NCBI GenBank assembly: GCA_965652295.1
Contig: CBFGTS010000006.1
Coordinates: forward strand, 32,001-96,000
From: an uncultured Haloferula sp.
GTDB taxonomy: Bacteria > Verrucomicrobiota > Verrucomicrobiia > Verrucomicrobiales > Akkermansiaceae
DNA: 64,000 bases
Reading direction: 5' to 3'
Shown: in pieces, positions 1-12,291 of the stretch
How the letters are laid out: each line of letters begins with the position of its first letter
Position numbering within the stretch: position 1 is the stretch's first letter
Position numbers and translations under genes: made by a program
Notes under the pieces: model-generated
What the model was told of the DNA's origin: nothing
Seen by the model: only the letters and a program-made list of their open reading frames with translations
The model's database searches: none

Positions 1-318
1 GCCCTGTCCTACGGCTCCCGTGAGGAAATCACCGAAGCCGCCCGTTCCATGGTGCGGGACGCGGCGGAAGGGCGTCTCGCGCCGGACGATGTCACCCAGG
101 ATCTCTTCGCCTCCCGGTTGTTCACCGCCGGTCTCCCCGATCCCGACCTGCTGATCCGCACCTCCGGCGAGCTGCGCGTCTCCAACTTCCTGCTGTGGCA
201 GATCAGCTACGCGGAAATTGTCATCTTCAAGAAATACTGGCCGGACTTCAAACAGGCGGACCTCTTCGATGCCGTGACGGAATACCGCCGCCGGCACCGC
301 CGCTTCGGCGGCCTTTGA
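1..318 (+). CDS. uppS: Undecaprenyl diphosphate synthase (cis-prenyltransferase), 3' part; begins before the window
   Basis: Frame open from base 1: ALSYGSREEI...PDPDLLIRTSGELRVSNFLLWQISYAE...WPDF...RRFGG, the typical UppS C-terminal motifs. Confidence 0.95.
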   Translation, partial: ALSYGSREEITEAARSMVRDAAEGRLAPDDVTQDLFASRLFTAGLPDPDLLIRTSGELRVSNFLLWQISYAEIVIFKKYWPDFKQADLFDAVTEYRRRHRRFGGL

Positions 319-445
319 GCGGGGAAACCTGCGGGTATCCCTACTCCCTCTCAGGGAAATTAGCCCTTTTCATGAGCCTGTTTCATGCCTGCTTGAGTCC
401 TTGCCTTGTGGGTCCCGGCGCGGCAGCCTTCCTCCGCCCCTGCCC

Positions 446-1819
<1,374 letters not shown>

Positions 1820-1868
1820 CGCAGTTGTCGCGGTTGCCACCCGGCGGCCGTCCACCCTAGCTTCCGTC

Positions 1869-4421
1869 ATGCGCTCGAAACGCCTCGCGATCCTCCTGTC
1901 GACCGCCGTCCTCGTCGGACGCGCGCTGGCGGCGGGGCCCGAGGAAATCCCCGCCTACCGCCAAGGGATCGACGCGCTCGCGGGCGAACTGTGGAGCGTC
2001 GCCGCCGATCGTTTCGAGGAAGCGCTGGCAACGCCCGAGCTGGAACCGGAGACGAAGCAAACCCTGTTGCTACGGCTTGCCGAGTCCCTGGTTCGCGGCG
2101 ACCAAGGCGCCCGGGCCCTCCAGGTGCTCGCCGATCCGCTGCTCGCCGGATCCCCCGACCGGTCGTTTTGGAGCGGCCAGGCGCAGGTCGCGGCCGGGCG
2201 GTTTGGCGAAGCCATCGAAGAGCTGGCCGGGATACCGGAGAAGAGTCCTTTTTATCAGGAAGCCCAGCTCACCCTGGCTTTGGTGCATCGCGCGCTGGGC
2301 GACCTCGATCACGCCCTCGAAGCCTTCGACCGGCTTGGCCGCGAAAGGAACGCGCCGACCCGGGCCCTGCTGCTCAAGGCGGAGACGCTGCTCGAAGCCG
2401 GCCACGCCGAACGCGCCCTCGCCGCCCTTCCCACCACCGACGGGCTTCCCCAGACCGCCGCCAAACGCGTGCTCCTCCTCCGCGGCGAAGCCCTTCTGGC
2501 ATTGGAAAAGCCCGCCGAAGCCGAAGCGATTTTCGCCCAGCTCGCCTCCGAGCCGGAAGGCCAGAACCTGCGGGATTTTCACCAGGCCTCCATCGATCTC
2601 GCCCGCGCGCGCCTCGCCCAAGGGGCGGTGCAGACCGCAGCGGACGGTCTGCTCGCCTTCATCCAACAGAACCCCGAGTCGCCGCTGCTCGACGAGGCGT
2701 TTTCCACCCTCCTCCGCTGTCTCCCGGCCCAGCCGACACCGAACGATCCGATTCTCGCCCGCCTCCGCGAGTGGGCCCCCGATCCCCTGCCGCGCTCGCC
2801 GGCCCTGCTGCCGAGCGACTCCGGGTCGACGGGGTCGTGGCCGACGCTGCCCGGTTCCAAGTCCGAATCGCTCGGAGCCGAAGCCCTCTATCATCTCGCT
2901 CTCGCCACCCGCCGCCTGGCCGCCCCGGATGCTGCGCTGCAAGCCCGCCGCTTGCTGGTGAGGCTGCGCAAGGAGTTTCCAGGCCACCCACTGGTCGCGC
3001 GGTCCCTGCTCGAACTCGGCCGCTGGGACCTCGATGCGGGCCGCAAGGAACAGGCCGCCGCCCATTTCACCCTGCTGGAGAAACTCGGCAGCAACTCCCC
3101 GAACGAACTCCGCGCCGAAGGCCTCGCCCTCGAAGCCCGCTCCCGGTTCAGCGACGGCGACTTCGCCACCGCCGCCCGGCTTTTCGACCAGGCCTCCGCT
3201 TTGCTTGAAGACGAGCGCCGGCTCGCCGCCCGCCAGAACGCCGCCGTTTCGCTTCTCGCTGCGGGCGAGTTGAAAACCTTCGACGAACTCGCGGAGAAAA
3301 CAGCGGAGCCCGATCTGGCCGCCCACCTGACGCTGGAGCGCGGCATCTATCTCGCGTCAAAGCGCGACCCGGCCGCCTTGCCGACCCTGCTGTCATTCAT
3401 CGGGAATCATCCCGATCATCCGCGGCTCGCCGAAGCCCGCCTCCACGCCGCGCTGGCCGCCGTCAACACGGTGCCCGCCCTCACGGAGGAAGCCGCCAGC
3501 CAACTCGCAGCGATCCCCGAAGAGCAACGCTCGAAGCTGCGCGCCTCCACCCTCGCGGTGGTCGAGATCCGGCTCCACGAGGCCCGGGGCGCCTGGGCCG
3601 CCGCCGCGGCCCGCGCCCAAGAGTTTCTCGACCAGTATCCCGCCGACCCCGCCCGGCCGATGATCCTCTACGAACGCGGACGCGCGCTTTACCAGAACAA
3701 GGATTTCAACGAAGCCGGCATCGTCCTCCGCACGCTCGCCACCGAGTTTCCCGATCACCCGGACACGCCCGCCGCCCTCCTTCTCTCCGCCCGCGCCGCA
3801 GCCGAGGGGGCCACCCCGCAGTCACGGAAGGAGAGCATCGAACTCTTCCAACAGCTCGCCGCCAAGGACTCACCGTTCCAGGATTTCGCGCGGCTCGAAC
3901 TCGCCGATCTCTACATCCTCCGCTCGCAGCTCGATGAGGCCATCGCCTTGCTCGAGCCGTGGTTCCAGCAACTGGAAAAAGCCGACCCCTTGCTGGTCGA
4001 TGTGGGTCTCAAGCTCGGCGAAGCCCTCTACGCACGCGCTCAGGAAAATCCCGCCTACCTTGAGCGTGCCCTCAAGGTTCAAGACCGGCTTCTCTCCCTG
4101 CTGCCCGAAAAGTCCACCTCGCGGCAGGCGATCCTCTATCAAAAAGGTCTCACCCTCGAGCAGTTCGGCGACCGCGACGACGACGCCCTGAGCGCCTACA
4201 TGGAGGTCGTTCAGGAGGCGGCCGAGATGCCGGAGGGAGATTGGAACGCCATCGAACGCTGCGGTTTCAGCGCCCTGCGGATCCTGGAAAAACGCGAGCA
4301 ATGGTCCGCCGCCAAAAAGCTCGCCGAGCGCATCCGCGATCTCAACGGACCCCGCTCCGCCGAAGCCGCCGAACGCGCCAAGAACCTCGGCTTGGAGCAC
4401 ATGATCTGGGACGAGGAATAA
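1869..4421 (+). CDS. Large exported TPR/helical-repeat protein
   Basis: Signal peptide MRSKRLAILLSTAVLVGRALA; repeated TPR-like Ala/Leu helices (A..L...FP.HP); ATG at 1869. Confidence 0.8.
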   Translation: MRSKRLAILLSTAVLVGRALAAGPEEIPAYRQGIDALAGELWSVAADRFEEALATPELEPETKQTLLLRLAESLVRGDQGARALQVLADPLLAGSPDRSFWSGQAQVAAGRFGEAIEELAGIPEKSPFYQEAQLTLALVHRALGDLDHALEAFDRLGRERNAPTRALLLKAETLLEAGHAERALAALPTTDGLPQTAAKRVLLLRGEALLALEKPAEAEAIFAQLASEPEGQNLRDFHQASIDLARARLAQGAVQTAADGLLAFIQQNPESPLLDEAFSTLLRCLPAQPTPNDPILARLREWAPDPLPRSPALLPSDSGSTGSWPTLPGSKSESLGAEALYHLALATRRLAAPDAALQARRLLVRLRKEFPGHPLVARSLLELGRWDLDAGRKEQAAAHFTLLEKLGSNSPNELRAEGLALEARSRFSDGDFATAARLFDQASALLEDERRLAARQNAAVSLLAAGELKTFDELAEKTAEPDLAAHLTLERGIYLASKRDPAALPTLLSFIGNHPDHPRLAEARLHAALAAVNTVPALTEEAASQLAAIPEEQRSKLRASTLAVVEIRLHEARGAWAAAAARAQEFLDQYPADPARPMILYERGRALYQNKDFNEAGIVLRTLATEFPDHPDTPAALLLSARAAAEGATPQSRKESIELFQQLAAKDSPFQDFARLELADLYILRSQLDEAIALLEPWFQQLEKADPLLVDVGLKLGEALYARAQENPAYLERALKVQDRLLSLLPEKSTSRQAILYQKGLTLEQFGDRDDDALSAYMEVVQEAAEMPEGDWNAIERCGFSALRILEKREQWSAAKKLAERIRDLNGPRSAEAAERAKNLGLEHMIWDEE

Positions 4422-4423
4422 CC

Positions 4424-6013
4424 CTACTTCCCCGTCAATTCATCGATCAGCAGCGGCTCGCCGGTCTGCATCTCCACCACGCCGAAGCCGACTTTCCACT
4501 CCCACCAGCACCACGGGACCCCGAGCTTTTCCGCCGCCTCACGCATCTGCCGCGCATAGCGCTTCCGCGAGTCGGCGTCCGCATTCCGCACGCAGCCGAA
4601 CTCCCCCAGATGCACCGGCCGACCGAAGACCTGCGACCACTCCGCCGCCTTCCGCAGGAGCCGCAAGGGCGAATGAATCGACGAGGGATTCGGATCGGAC
4701 CCGGGATCGCTGTAGGCATCGAACCAATTTCTCAAGCCCTCCTGTTCCGGCGGCGCGGAGGCGGGCTCCAGCGGCGGGCCGGGGAAGCGTACGTCCTTCA
4801 CCTCCTCGTAGCCCACCCACCCCGCCTTCTGATGGGTGAAGGGGAACGGATCGTAGCAATGGAAGCTCACCATCACCCGGTTCTCCTTCTCCGGGATCCA
4901 TAGTAGCCCGAGCTGGTCCGCCACCGCCCAGCGGCCGGGGTTGATGACGATGATCCTCTCCGGATCGATCCCGCGGATCGCCGCGAGCGTCTCCGCGTGC
5001 AACGCGTTCAACCTCTCACCATGGAGCTTCGCCGTCGGCTCATTCAGCAACTCAAGCGCGAGGTCCGGCGACCAATCCTTGAAATGCCCCGCGATCACCT
5101 TCCAGCCCTCGATGAAGCGCGCTTCATGAGCTTCCGGGTTTTCCTCCAACTCGCGGAAGGCATGCCAATCGAGCAGCACCCGCAGCCCGCGATCCAGCGC
5201 ACGGCGCATCACCGGCTCCAGCTCGGAAAGCAACTCGGACGAGATCCCCCCGCCGTCCATCCGGTGATGCCAGCCCACCGGCACGCGGACGTGGTCAAAG
5301 CCCGCATCCGCGATCCGATCGATGTCCTCCGGCCCGTACGGCACCCCCCATGAGCCGACCGGCGCTTCCCAGCAGTTGCCCAGATTCACCCCGCGGCGCA
5401 GCTTCGCAGCAAAGCGATGGGCCGGCGAATCCACCGCGCCTTTCGGCATCACACGAAATCCTTCAGGCACCGCCGCCCGCGCCTTGAACCGTAGCGCGAC
5501 TCGTTGGTCCTTCGTCACCCGCAGCGTCTGGACGAGCGGCCTGCCCAACCACGAGGCGCCTGCTTCCATCCCCTCCAACGGCCATTCCTTTTCATCGGGA
5601 AACGGCATCCAGGGCGAACTCCAACCCTCGATGCCGGTGGCGAAGCTGCCGTTTTCCACCTCACTGCCCGCCGCACTCACATCATCCCACAGCACTTCCT
5701 GCCGCCATACCTCACCCGGCTTCTTCTCCTCCCACGGTCCGATCAAAAACAACTCCACGCCGCCGCCACCCGTCGGGGTGAAACTCAACGTGGCGTCCGT
5801 CCAGCGCCAGTGATCGATGGGAAACGTCAGATCCCGCATCGCACCCTCCGCGCTTCCCGGGTCCATCCACGCACCGCCCACCGTCAGTGCCACGTCCAGC
5901 AGCTCGACTCCTTCAGCAGGCTTCAACTGCAACCTCGCCTGCTCGGCGAGCTTCACGGGAACCTCCGCCGCCCATGCGACCGACACCGTCCAAATCACCA
6001 TTAACCATTTCAC
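4424..6013 (-). CDS. Secreted glycoside hydrolase family 5 with N-terminal CBM-like region
   Basis: RGVNLGN, GFDHVRVPVGW, catalytic LLNEP, FHCYDP, nucleophile HLGEFG; signal peptide. Confidence 0.88.
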   Translation of the reverse strand: MKWLMVIWTVSVAWAAEVPVKLAEQARLQLKPAEGVELLDVALTVGGAWMDPGSAEGAMRDLTFPIDHWRWTDATLSFTPTGGGGVELFLIGPWEEKKPGEVWRQEVLWDDVSAAGSEVENGSFATGIEGWSSPWMPFPDEKEWPLEGMEAGASWLGRPLVQTLRVTKDQRVALRFKARAAVPEGFRVMPKGAVDSPAHRFAAKLRRGVNLGNCWEAPVGSWGVPYGPEDIDRIADAGFDHVRVPVGWHHRMDGGGISSELLSELEPVMRRALDRGLRVLLDWHAFRELEENPEAHEARFIEGWKVIAGHFKDWSPDLALELLNEPTAKLHGERLNALHAETLAAIRGIDPERIIVINPGRWAVADQLGLLWIPEKENRVMVSFHCYDPFPFTHQKAGWVGYEEVKDVRFPGPPLEPASAPPEQEGLRNWFDAYSDPGSDPNPSSIHSPLRLLRKAAEWSQVFGRPVHLGEFGCVRNADADSRKRYARQMREAAEKLGVPWCWWEWKVGFGVVEMQTGEPLLIDELTGK

Positions 6014-6074
6014 ACTCCGTCCTTACTCCCCACCGTGCTTGCCGTCACTCCCGGACTTCGCTTGGCTCTGCGGC

Positions 6075-6380
6075 ATGGAACACCACGTCTATTTCTGGCT
6101 GAAAGAAGAGCACCTCAACGAGTCCGACCGCGCCGCGTTCGAAGCCGGGCTCGACACGCTTTTCACCATCCCCGGTTGCACCGGCGGCTTTTGGGGCCGC
6201 CCCGCTCCGGTGATGCCGCGGCCGGTCATCGATTCATCCTGGCACTACGGCACCTCGATGCATTTCCCCGATGTCGAGGCTCAGGACACCTACCAGATCC
6301 ACCCCACCCACACCGCCTTCATCGAGCGCTTCGCCTCGTGGTGGGAAAAAGTCGAGGTCAAGGATCTCGCCAAAGGCTGA
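6075..6380 (+). CDS. Dabb family (stress-responsive A/B barrel) protein
   Basis: MEHHVYFWLK...YQIHPTHTAFI...WEKVEVKD pattern; ATG 6075. Confidence 0.85.
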   Translation: MEHHVYFWLKEEHLNESDRAAFEAGLDTLFTIPGCTGGFWGRPAPVMPRPVIDSSWHYGTSMHFPDVEAQDTYQIHPTHTAFIERFASWWEKVEVKDLAKG

Positions 6381-6390
6381 GGAGACAAGC

Positions 6391-8526
6391 TCACTTCCAC
6401 ACTGATCCCAAGGTGTGGATGTTCAGCTCCTCAAAGCTCACCCCGCCCCCTTCCGCCACCAGCCCGGCCGCCGGACCCTTTTGGCGGAGGTAGCGGGCGA
6501 TGTAGGTGCCGTTCACGAACACCTCCACGCTCCCCACATCCGAGAACGCGCGGATCCGCACCTTGCCGCCATCGACCACCTGCGCGCCTTCCGCTCCGCT
6601 GAAGGTCCGCGTCGCCGCGGTCCAAACGAACGGCTCACCGAAAAGCCGCAGACCGAATTTCTCCGCGGTCGTCCCGCCAACGTCGATCGTCGCTTCGATT
6701 TCAAACATCCGTCCCTGGACCTCCGTCAGCGGATCCTCTGCTCCGGCAGAATAGGTGAAGGGCCCCTGGACCTTGCTCTCCGTTCTCAGCTCTTCGAGTT
6801 CCGGCGAAGGCTCGATCCATAACCGCGCTTTGCCATCGAAGCTCCGCAGGCGGAAATCCATCGGCAATGACATCTGCATGCTGAACGGCGCACCCTCGAA
6901 CATCGCGATGTCCCCCCTCATCCAGCCAAAGTGGACCCGCCTGCCATCCGGCGCGTTGTCATAACTCTGCCCGGCATAAACATTCCCCCAATAGTGCCGT
7001 TGCGGCTCCCCGGCAGGCTCAAAGGTCCGGCCATCGAATGCGCCCAGCACATACACCCCGTTCGCCCCCCACGCCACCCAGCGGACGTCACCCTCCTCGC
7101 CATCGACCGCCAGCTCGAACAGATCCGGGCATTCCGAATCTCCCGGGATCCGGTACGTCGAGGTCTGCTCCCATTCCACCAGATCCGGGGAAACGTGAAT
7201 CCCGTACTCGTCCCGGTCGTGATAGAGCGCCATCACCCAGCGCTTCGTCGGCTCATGCCAGAAGACCTTCGGGTCGCGGTTGCCAGCGTCGATGTGCCCG
7301 ACCACCGGGTTGTCCTGGAACTTGGTGAATGTACGACCCCCATCGTTGCTGTATGCCATGGCCTGCGTCGCCTTCTTTCCCGGGACGATGCTCTCCTCGC
7401 CCCACGCGGTGTAGGCGAACCCGAGCCCGGTCGGCCCCGTCAGCGGCAACGCGGTGCGCCCACGCGGCACGACAAAGCCCGAGCCCGAGAACATCACCCC
7501 GTCCGGCCCGGGCCACAGCGCCGGCGGCCGCTCCTCCCAGTGGAGCAGGTCCCTGCTCACCGCGTGACCCCATGTCATGTTGTCCCAGAAAACATTGTAG
7601 GGATTGTGCTGGTAGCAAAGGTGCCAGCGACCGTCGGCATGAACCAGCCCGTTCGGGTCGTTGATCCAGCCGCGGCGGCTCGTGAAATGATACTGCGGAC
7701 GCCGTACTTCTTCGTAGACCTCCCCTTCCCCGGGATAGGTATCCGAAAGCCCGACCTTCTTCCATGCTTCTTCCAGCGCAGCGGGAATCCTTCCGGTGAT
7801 CCGCAAGGTCTTCCCTCGCAGGTTCGCGAGATCGGTGAAAACCCACTGATCCGGCCGCTCGCTCAGGGCGATGTTCGCATAAGTCATCAACTCCTCGTCC
7901 GACCGGAAAACGAACTTCTGCCGCAGGCTCTCATCGTTCACCACCGGCCACAGCAGGTAGCGTTTATCCACCACCAACACCTTTTCGACCTCCAGAATTC
8001 TCGCCCGGTCACTCTGGTGGATCTCATCGACGCTGATGTGCCCCCAGCCGCCGCGCCGTTGGTCGAGGACCTCCACCCTCACCTTCGCTCCGTCGAGTTC
8101 CGCCACATCCCAGGTTTCCCAAGTCAGCCGCTCGCTGCCGCCGGAACGCAGGTTCGGTCCGGTCGCCGTGCGCAGCACTTCCCCCTTCTCCGACACCAGA
8201 TTGATGCAAGTTTCCCCCTCGAAACCACCGCCCCCGACGAGGAAATTGAGATGACTGCGCTGGATTTCGAACCAAGGGGATACGGCCTTGCCCGTCGCGT
8301 CGTCGCCACCACGGAAGCTGCTGAGATACCCACCACCTTCGTAGCCGCTGACCTCCATCTGCTCCGGCAGCGTGCCCTGCGCCGGTCCCCTTCCGAAAGC
8401 CTCTCCCGTCACGCTCCAAGCTCCAAAGTCATCGCGATTGAAATCGCCCACAGCGAGGTCTTCGGCCGCCACGCCATACCACATCAGGGCGAGCGTGCAC
8501 CCGAGGACCGATCGGAAAATCATCAT
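6391..8526 (-). CDS. Secreted glycoside hydrolase family 32 (levanase/beta-fructosidase-like)
   Basis: Catalytic motifs WINDPNG, RDPKV, ECPDLF; WGHAVSRDL; signal peptide. Confidence 0.92.
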   Translation of the reverse strand: MMIFRSVLGCTLALMWYGVAAEDLAVGDFNRDDFGAWSVTGEAFGRGPAQGTLPEQMEVSGYEGGGYLSSFRGGDDATGKAVSPWFEIQRSHLNFLVGGGGFEGETCINLVSEKGEVLRTATGPNLRSGGSERLTWETWDVAELDGAKVRVEVLDQRRGGWGHISVDEIHQSDRARILEVEKVLVVDKRYLLWPVVNDESLRQKFVFRSDEELMTYANIALSERPDQWVFTDLANLRGKTLRITGRIPAALEEAWKKVGLSDTYPGEGEVYEEVRRPQYHFTSRRGWINDPNGLVHADGRWHLCYQHNPYNVFWDNMTWGHAVSRDLLHWEERPPALWPGPDGVMFSGSGFVVPRGRTALPLTGPTGLGFAYTAWGEESIVPGKKATQAMAYSNDGGRTFTKFQDNPVVGHIDAGNRDPKVFWHEPTKRWVMALYHDRDEYGIHVSPDLVEWEQTSTYRIPGDSECPDLFELAVDGEEGDVRWVAWGANGVYVLGAFDGRTFEPAGEPQRHYWGNVYAGQSYDNAPDGRRVHFGWMRGDIAMFEGAPFSMQMSLPMDFRLRSFDGKARLWIEPSPELEELRTESKVQGPFTYSAGAEDPLTEVQGRMFEIEATIDVGGTTAEKFGLRLFGEPFVWTAATRTFSGAEGAQVVDGGKVRIRAFSDVGSVEVFVNGTYIARYLRQKGPAAGLVAEGGGVSFEELNIHTLGSVWK

Positions 8527-8561
8527 GGCGCGTGACTACGCGTCCTCCGACGATCCGCCTT

Positions 8562-11500
8562 TCACCGATCTCCCCAGCCCTGCTGCAGGATCTTCTCGCT
8601 CACCTTCCCCGCCACCGGCACATCCGGGGCGAAGAGTGACACGCGGAACTCCTCCAGCAGCCAGCCATACTCCCACAAGGCCGGGTCTTCCGGCCGCGCC
8701 ATCCACTCGGCGAACCACGGCTCCCACAGCTCCCGCACGCGGTCCATCTTTTCGAGGTCCTTGCCGATAGGCAGGCTCTTCAGTCGACCGAGGCGTGACT
8801 GGATCGCCCGCAGATGCCGGCCGTATCCCAGCGCTCGGGGATAGCCCGCCTTCCAAGGGAAATCCCGGCGGAACAGCCAACTGAGTTCCTCCTCCAAATC
8901 CTCCGCGATCTCCCCCAGGTTGCGGTCACCCTTCATCCCAGCGATCGCCTCCCTCACCGGTTGCAAGCCTTCCAGCGCTTCATCCAGCGATTCGCCCAGC
9001 GCCATTGCGCACCGCCACCACTCGCCCCGCGCCCGCTCGGCGCGCCGTTCGAACTCATCCGCCGTCGCCATCCGCTCCTTACCCAACGCTCCCTCCGCCA
9101 CCACCGGAATCAGCGTCTCCAACGGGCAGCCCATCCGCGGCAGCTCGAACTTCGTCATCAGGCCCACCGGCAGCTTCTTCTTCAAATACGCCACCTGGTC
9201 CGGCTGCTTCAGCATCAACAACCGCACCGTGCCCGCGCGATGCGATTCATCCGCATCCTGCCTGCGGGAAAACGCCCGCGTCCCCACGCTCGTCCGTTCG
9301 TCCACCAGCGCCGGGAACGCCACGCCCGCCGCCGTCTCCGCGCTCGCCGGGATCTCAAAGTCCGGCCACTCCACGTGACCCGTCGTTTCCCACGCCTCGT
9401 TCGCCGCATCCTCGAAGCGACCCGCGATCATGCCGCCGAGCTTCTCCTTCAAAACCGCCGCATCCGTGCCGAACGCCACCTCCGCGCCGTCATCGTCGCA
9501 GATCCAGATCTTCGTCACCAGCTCCGCAGGCAGCCGTGAGCCATCGAAATCCTCCTCCCGTACCCTGAATCCCGAGATCCTGCTCAAATACTGCGCCAGC
9601 CGTACTTCCAGCGGGCCGTCCTTTCCGCGGTCGTGCCACTCGTCGGCAAAGGCGGCGGCATTCTCCGCGACCGGCTGACACATCCGCCGCAGATCCTTCG
9701 GCAGCGATCGGATCAGCCATTCTACCCGCTCCGCGAGGTGCCCCGGCACGCCCCAGCCCGCGAGCCAGTCGGGGAAATACGGAAGCTGGTCGATGTGCAC
9801 GCCCAGCGTCACCCCGTCGTCGCGCGCACCGGGATCGCACTGGTAGTAAACCGCATACTCCTGCCCGCCGTGTCCGAGCCAGTCGGGAAAACCGGAAAGA
9901 TCCAGCGCATCCAGATCCTCCAGCACCACATCGTCCGGCTCCGGCAGGTTCGCCTCCTCATGGTCCTTGCGCCAGCGGTGAAACGCCTTCGCCGTGCTCA
10001 AGCCCTCCGGCAGGCGGTTTTCGTAGAACTCCACCACCGCTTCCTCGCTCCACAGCCCGTCACGGCGACGCAGCTTGCGCTCCATGTCGGCGATCTCCTC
10101 GCGCAGCTCCTTCAACCGCTCGACGATGCGCGATTGACCCTTCACTCCGCCCTGCATCAGCCCGTCACGGATGAAAATCTTCCGCGCGCCTTTCGGATCG
10201 ATGCGGCCGAAGTGAACGCGCCGCCCGCTGATCACCGGCAGACCGCCACAGATCACCGTCTCCTTGGCGTAGACCGCTCCCTGACCCTCCTCCCAATGCC
10301 CGTCGGAATACCGGCTGCGGCAGAGGTGCGGCGCGACCTGTTCGACCCACTCCGGATCGACCCGCGCCAACCGCCGTGCCCACAAGCGCGTCGTCTCGAC
10401 CAGCTCCATCCCCATCACCCATTCCCAGCGTTTCCCGCCGAAAAGCCCTGAGCCCGGAAACACCGCGAAGAAGCCGCCGCTCGCCGAGCGGTAGGCCTTT
10501 TCCTCCCGATCCCACAACCCGAACTGCCGCGGCACGCCCGCCAGCAGCGCCCGGTGAAACGAGGGGTAGTCCGGAAGCTTGTCTCCCAAGGCTGCCGCTC
10601 CCTTCAAACCGGCGTCGCGCTTCACCAACTGCGCCAGCTCATCGTGCACGTTCGCCCACTCCTGAAGCCGGCGGAAATTGAGAAAACTTTCCCGACAGAA
10701 TTTCCTCAACCGGTTGCCATGCCACCCGCGGCCCCTGCGGAATTCCTGAAGCGCCTTCCACAGGATCAGCATCGAGAGGAAGTCGCTCTCCTCGTGCTTC
10801 CACTTCGCATGCGCCTTGTCCGCCTCCTTCTGCTTCTCCTGCGGACGCTCGCGCGGGTCCTGCGTCTCCAGACCCGCGACCACCGGCAACACCTCCGCCA
10901 ACACGCCCTCATGCGCCGCCTCGATCAGCATCCGCGCCAGCCGCGGATCCACCGGCATGCGCGCCATCGTCCGGCCGGATTCGGTCAGGTTCCGGTTCTT
11001 GTCGAGCGCTCCCACATCGCGCAAAGTACGATACCCTTCGGAGATCGCCTTCGGGGCCGGAGGATCCAGAAACGGAAAGTCCTCGATATCCGGAAGACCG
11101 AGCGACTTCATCCGCAGGATCACTCCCGCCAGCGAGCTGCGCCGGATTTCCGGGTCGGTGAACTCCGGCCGCGCCTCCAGGTTCTCCTCTTCGTAAAGCC
11201 GCACGCAGATTCCCTCACGCACCCGCCCGCATCGACCCTTCCGCTGCCGGGCGCTGGCCTGACTGACCTCCTCGATCTGCAATCGCTGCACGCCCCGGCC
11301 CGGGCTCCAGCGGCTCACCCGCGCCAGACCGGAATCCACCACGCAGACGATCCGGGGAATGGTCAGCGAGGTTTCCGCCACGTTCGTCGCCAGCACGATC
11401 CGCCGCTTTGGCCCCGGATGGAAAACCCTCTGCTGATCGCCGAGGCCCATCCGCGCGAACAGCGGCAGCACTTCGGTATTCCGATACCGCCGACCTTCCA

Positions 11501-12257
11501 GCGCGTCCGCGCAGTCACGGATCTCCCTTTCCCCCGGCAGGAACACCAGCACGTCACCCTGCTCGCCGGTATCCGTCAGCCAGTCGACGGCTCGAACTAC
11601 GGCATCCGCCGTATCTTCGTTCTCGTCAGCCGGCAGGAAGACCTCGTCCACCGGGAACGTCCGCCCCTCCGCCTCGATCACCGGGCAGCCTCCGAAAAAA
11701 CTCGCGAACGCCCCCGCGTCCAAGGTGGCCGAGGAAATCACCAGCTTCAGGTCCTTCCTCCGCTCCAGCAGTCGTTTCAGATAACCCAGCAGGAAATCGA
11801 TGTTCAGCGAACGCTCGTGAGCTTCATCGAGAATCAGCGCGTCGTACCGACGCAGATCCGGATCCCCCTGCGACTCCGCCAGGAGAATTCCGTCGGTCAT
11901 GAACTTGATCCGCGTCTCCTTCGAAGTCCGGTCCTCGAACCGCACCTGATAGCCTACGAATCCCCCCAGCGGCGACTTCAACTCCTCCGCCACCCGCTCC
12001 GCCACACTCGAGGCAGCGATCCGCCGCGGCTGCGTGCAGCCGATCCAACGCATTCTCCCGTTCCGCGCTCCGCATTCCGCGTTCCGCGCTTCCAAGGCCT
12101 CCGCCACCATCTTCGGCAACTGCGTCGTCTTGCCCGATCCGGTTTCCGAAACGATCACCACCACCTGGTGACTCCGGATCGCCTCCACGATCTCCCTACG
12201 ACGCGCCACCACCGGCAGCGCCTCAGGGTAATTCAATGCCGGCAACCCGTCTCGCAT
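8562..12257 (-). CDS. hrpA: ATP-dependent RNA helicase HrpA (DEAH box)
   Basis: ETGSGKTTQLP, TQPRRIAA, DEAHER, SAT, ATNVAETSLT, QRKGRCGR; C-terminal LEEFRVSLFA. Confidence 0.95.
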   Translation of the reverse strand: MRDGLPALNYPEALPVVARRREIVEAIRSHQVVVIVSETGSGKTTQLPKMVAEALEARNAECGARNGRMRWIGCTQPRRIAASSVAERVAEELKSPLGGFVGYQVRFEDRTSKETRIKFMTDGILLAESQGDPDLRRYDALILDEAHERSLNIDFLLGYLKRLLERRKDLKLVISSATLDAGAFASFFGGCPVIEAEGRTFPVDEVFLPADENEDTADAVVRAVDWLTDTGEQGDVLVFLPGEREIRDCADALEGRRYRNTEVLPLFARMGLGDQQRVFHPGPKRRIVLATNVAETSLTIPRIVCVVDSGLARVSRWSPGRGVQRLQIEEVSQASARQRKGRCGRVREGICVRLYEEENLEARPEFTDPEIRRSSLAGVILRMKSLGLPDIEDFPFLDPPAPKAISEGYRTLRDVGALDKNRNLTESGRTMARMPVDPRLARMLIEAAHEGVLAEVLPVVAGLETQDPRERPQEKQKEADKAHAKWKHEESDFLSMLILWKALQEFRRGRGWHGNRLRKFCRESFLNFRRLQEWANVHDELAQLVKRDAGLKGAAALGDKLPDYPSFHRALLAGVPRQFGLWDREEKAYRSASGGFFAVFPGSGLFGGKRWEWVMGMELVETTRLWARRLARVDPEWVEQVAPHLCRSRYSDGHWEEGQGAVYAKETVICGGLPVISGRRVHFGRIDPKGARKIFIRDGLMQGGVKGQSRIVERLKELREEIADMERKLRRRDGLWSEEAVVEFYENRLPEGLSTAKAFHRWRKDHEEANLPEPDDVVLEDLDALDLSGFPDWLGHGGQEYAVYYQCDPGARDDGVTLGVHIDQLPYFPDWLAGWGVPGHLAERVEWLIRSLPKDLRRMCQPVAENAAAFADEWHDRGKDGPLEVRLAQYLSRISGFRVREEDFDGSRLPAELVTKIWICDDDGAEVAFGTDAAVLKEKLGGMIAGRFEDAANEAWETTGHVEWPDFEIPASAETAAGVAFPALVDERTSVGTRAFSRRQDADESHRAGTVRLLMLKQPDQVAYLKKKLPVGLMTKFELPRMGCPLETLIPVVAEGALGKERMATADEFERRAERARGEWWRCAMALGESLDEALEGLQPVREAIAGMKGDRNLGEIAEDLEEELSWLFRRDFPWKAGYPRALGYGRHLRAIQSRLGRLKSLPIGKDLEKMDRVRELWEPWFAEWMARPEDPALWEYGWLLEEFRVSLFAPDVPVAGKVSEKILQQGWGDR
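12061..12088. repeat. Four tandem 7-bp units (YTCCGCR) inside hrpA
   Basis: ttccgcg ctccgca ttccgcg ttccgcg; encodes RNAECGARN on the coding strand. Confidence 0.85.
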
Positions 12258-12291
12258 CGCGTCGGGGGCTTAGCCCATGGGCAGCCCGACC